Source: Nemertoderma westbladi
Lineage: Eukaryota > Animalia > Xenacoelomorpha
Direction of reading: 5' to 3'
NCBI GenBank assembly: GCA_032718475.1
Contig: JAUCBJ010001247.1
Location: 1-52,131 of the forward strand
Length of the DNA: 52,131 nt
The notes under the pieces are model-generated. The model made no database searches. It saw only the letters and a list, made by a program, of their open reading frames with translations, and had not been told where the DNA came from. The position numbers and the translations under genes were made by a program. This document shows, piece by piece, positions 47,959-52,131 of the stretch (positions are counted from its first letter, which is position 1; the number at the start of each line of letters is the position of its first letter).

Positions 47959-50900
47959 CTTCCTGTATAGGGTAGTATTACATGAAAAAAAAACAGCCTT
48001 TTTTCCTTATGATAACAATATGTTTAATTAACCGAGTGACAAATCATCAATGGCTATATATATATATATATATAAGACCATAATGTTGTTCCATATATTT
48101 ACTATTGAATATATGTAGCTTAATCACGCTTTTTTCATTGAAATATTATATCATGCTTTCCTGTTGTCTCGTAATCTATTTTATTCTTGTGATATTCTTG
48201 TGAGCCTTAAGAGCAATTTGGCATCCACAATTATGTTGTTTTGTTTGGTTTAACCCTATTAACCCCCCCCCCCCCCCCCTCACTTTTTTTGAGACGTTTT
48301 TTGAAAATTACTGTTAAAACTAGCGGGTCCCTGCCTAACCAATAAAGACACAAAGTCGTACTTTACTGTTAAACAGGCTACCCCTGTATTAACTGCAGCA
48401 CTGTTGAAGACAGCCAAAAAACGTGCCCTACTGTTAAACGGGGTGATCAGGAGCGTGCTATTACTATTGTAGGGCTGCTAAATACAAAACCGCTACTTAC
48501 CGTTGGATGGCGCTAACCTGCCGTCCGCTAATATATTTTACTAATTTTCTACAGCTCCCGCAAATCGCTTGTTCCTTTCTCTACCGATCGCTCGATAGAG
48601 AGCTAACTGTTCGAATATATGAGCCACGCGGGAATAACCAAAACAATAAACCCGAATCGGCTCCCTAAGCTTACTTAAGACGAGTGTGAGAGGCTTTACA
48701 CTCAGAGTATATTCTTATGGCCTAATCTTACTGCTAAAACGCGCTAATAACCGCGTCTTTTCTAATCACAAATACTGGGGTTCCCTAACGGAATATGTGA
48801 ATGTGAGAATATTTAAATAATCAAAAAATGGTACAGTGTTTTATCAGGGCTTATACCTACTATGGGACTAAACTTGCCTTCGGCTGGCTTTAGGCCAGCA
48901 ATTTACTAATGCGTTCTGCGTACTGGATACTGCGATCTAACTTATTGCCCGCTAATTTCAAATAACCGCCCAGCGTGAATAGTTTACAGTACTCCAAATT
49001 ATTACCTTAACTACTCTCCGCTATGCTGCGTACAAATTCTTAATTTTACTAATTAATTACAGTCACAAATATGAAACAGCGTACTAATTACTAAGTGTTC
49101 CAGAATGTGTAATTCTAATTTATCACACAACGGGTTGCACTAGTAACAGCCTAAATACCGTATTATTTTCGACCTAATCAGTAATTATTTATCGTAAACT
49201 AAGAAATAGAAATCAATCAAAGGAAAAAGGGCGCCTATCTAAGCGCACACTTTAGTAACACACCAATCAGCGTAACAATCAATAATTAATACTTACCAAT
49301 TATAGTTCATAATGTTCAATTCACAATCAGCAGTCAGCAATTCACAGTTCACAACTCGTAATCTACAGTTCAGTTCACCACTCAGTTCGCAATGTAGTTT
49401 GCGACACAGTCTACAATGCAGTTCGCAATGTGCAGTTCGCAATCCGCAATTCGCAATGTAAGGTACGAAGGCCTCTCACAGGTACATCTAGGCTTCCTAA
49501 CTAACCCGATTCCTGCCCCCCTAATACTACAAAATAGAGACAAAATCTGGATCATCAGCCCCTAATTACTGTACCAGCGAGCTGTCTTCGCTCTACACTG
49601 CCAACTTCCCAACCGCAACAGTGACCCCCCGCCAGCGTTGCTTGCCTTTGAATCCTCCGCACTCCCTTCGTCGCTAACCCCCCGATGCGCCCGCCGCGCC
49701 TACCGGTACCTCAGCTCTCCATCTAATGGGTAGCTACCGTAACGGCGCACGCAATCACAAAGTCTGACAGTCTAAGAAAATCCCGTAGGATTATTGCATC
49801 GAAAAGAATTACATAGAACCATTAACTAAAGGGTAGAAATCATAGTTCCAATTGTAATTAGCAGTAATCATTGGGATCGAATTGAGAAACACACCAAGAA
49901 ATCAGTCGAAATTGCAAATTAGCGAATTATTGCAAGAAAAGCAGAAAATACGCAAAAATACAGAATAATTGAGATTAAATCATGATTACACACAGAAGGA
50001 ATTAGAATTACGAATTAGGATTAATTACATAGCACATACCAGAAATACCGCCAATTTATAGGTGATTCATGAGGGATGATGCAATCGTTCTCTCATTGGC
50101 TCCCCAATCCGCACTACCATTAGACCAACCTGGAAGCAGTTAGGCCAATAAGGAAGCCGGATTGTGAACCTATCGCTCCCTGAAATCACAAATTATTACC
50201 ATATATGGTAATTTTGGCGATGCTTAATTTAGCAGTACTAATAATATGATACATAGAGATTAATTTAGCGCAATTATAAAGAAAATTAAGACCAATATAC
50301 AGCTAGCCCTATTGAGGTTAATAACAGCAAGCTTATATCCAGGGTCCAACAGGAAACTTGCTACCCTGGAACTATTTACTTTATCTTATTACAAAATTAC
50401 GTACGTAGGGCTACATACTATACAAAATGGATAAATTCAAATATATGGGCGTTTTATTTTCCTTATCTAAATATCGTTGCGCGTCATTATGGCTTATCTA
50501 AATAATTATACTGTATAACGGCTAATATATTATACTGTATAACGGGCTAATATTGTAAAAGCCTTTGCTGAATTGCCCCGTTATTTTTATTATCTTTTAC
50601 ATTAAAATACTCTGTAGTTGATTTAATAAGTGTAAGAGACCGTATTATTGCTGTATCGGTGTTTTTAGAGGATCTAAGACCTATTTCCTCCGTATGTATA
50701 CTGTGAAAGGCATATTTTATGATTCTATGGCAATTCGTGACGCAAAGGGGTGATAGCTACTCTTGAACAGTAGTTACTATGACTACGGTTAACAGCTGAC
50801 ATTCATACGTGTTGATTTCCTTTGTTCTACGGCGTCTCTCAGTTCAGTCAGCCAATTAGAGCGTTTTTGTGGCTCCTTGTACAGAAAATTTCCGAGAAAT

Positions 50901-52131
50901 GACGCAATGCCTATGTGCAGTGTTTACATTCAGTCCTGAGCCAAAGAAAGAACGGCTTGGAAGTATTTTGTGCTTTACTGTTTTTAGTCTTACACTAGTA
51001 GGTTTAATTATAAAGGGCATATATCCTTTAACTGACCTGCGGCCTAATGACTACTGCGGCATACTGCTGACTGATCATACATGCTGACTGCTGAAACATT
51101 GCAAACTCATAGCAATCAGTGTTTTCATTGTTGTTTTATACTGCTATTTACCGTCAGTTCTTCATAATATGGTTGATGAATTATTATATTTGGAATAACG
51201 ATAAACAACCCCGAAACCCAATATTCTTGATATACCGAAGGTAAGAGAGAAGGGTTACAGATAAACGATTGTGACTTATGTTAAAGTGGTTTGAAGTGAA
51301 TCTAATGTTATTTGATAGACCCTACATGATTCAGTCTGTGTTCCTTTTATATGTGACTAAAATCAGTGAAGATTGGCAGATTAGTGTGCAGTATTGTGCA
51401 GCATTGTGTATGAGTGAGTCTGTTAAAGAAGCAATTCCTAAAGAATGCGCCATATATGTGAATTATAATTAAGCCATATCGTTGTGAGTAGTTTAAGTCA
51501 TAACTCTGTTTATATAGATAAAGCGCCACGTCCTAAAGGAACTGTTAATATTCCCGAAGGTGAATAATATTGTCAGAGATTATATAATACTGTCAGTCGA
51601 ATAATACCTTAGGCTTACATAGCAATAAAATTAAACCGTCGAACCCAATCTCCCGGGAATCTCCAACGGGTGAATGGTCGCGCACGGATTGGTTTCGACT
51701 AGTGTAGTGAATCAAATACTTGTCATAGACTAAAAACTGATTTAATATCTAGAAGACATCTTAATTTGGTGGGTTAAACTGCCAAAGGTCTGAAAGCGCG
51801 AACATTAAAGGATATAGCTTCTTTATTGCAGTAAGCAATAAAGTCGAAAGTACCGGTCGACCGGTAACCAGTAGGCCTGACTGCCTGATCATCCGGACCG
51901 GTACCTACAGCAGTATTATTCGATTTTGATTATTATATACCAGTAGGCCTTAATAATTAATCAGGGACTGCAGCCCTGGTTTTTTATTGAGATTTTTACT
52001 TATTTCTGTCAAGTTTTATTTGTTTGTAGGCCAGTATTGAACAGAAGGCGTGTAAACCTGATCAGATTGTACAGACAATTTGTAGGCTGAGCTGTTGTCT
52101 GGCTGTTATTAAGTCTGAACGGATTACAGTG

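Noticed and set aside
50869-51529. Short ORFs near the window end
   Set aside because: No recognisable motifs or consistent splice structure.

Overview
AT-rich animal (invertebrate-like) genomic DNA dominated by mobile elements, with two recognisable host genes. In order: (1) the 5' part of a Polinton/Maverick(adintovirus)-type protein-primed DNA polymerase B on the minus strand, running off the window edge and absent from the ORF track; (2) a 3'-truncated APE-type LINE lying head-to-head with a decayed CRE-clade (RLE) non-LTR retrotransposon with a poly(A) tail; (3) minisatellites; (4) a three-coding-exon class A GPCR gene on the minus strand (about 315 aa) whose ~15.5-kb first coding intron is mostly a head-to-tail array of eight non-autonomous Helentron/Helitron2-type (HINE/DINE-1-like) units; (5) a fold-back hAT MITE (two copies), a hAT transposase fragment, a full-length but disabled Mag-like Ty3/Gypsy element and a PIF/Harbinger element; (6) an intronless SLC22-like transporter. 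The most unusual structure is the rolling-circle element array. It has exact CTAG-TT-AGGAACC junctions, two unit types in the order A|B-A-A-A-A-A-B, shuffled head/body variants, and a 9-11 bp direct repeat flanking units 2-8. All calls come from reading and translating the sequence by eye; no database searches were run.
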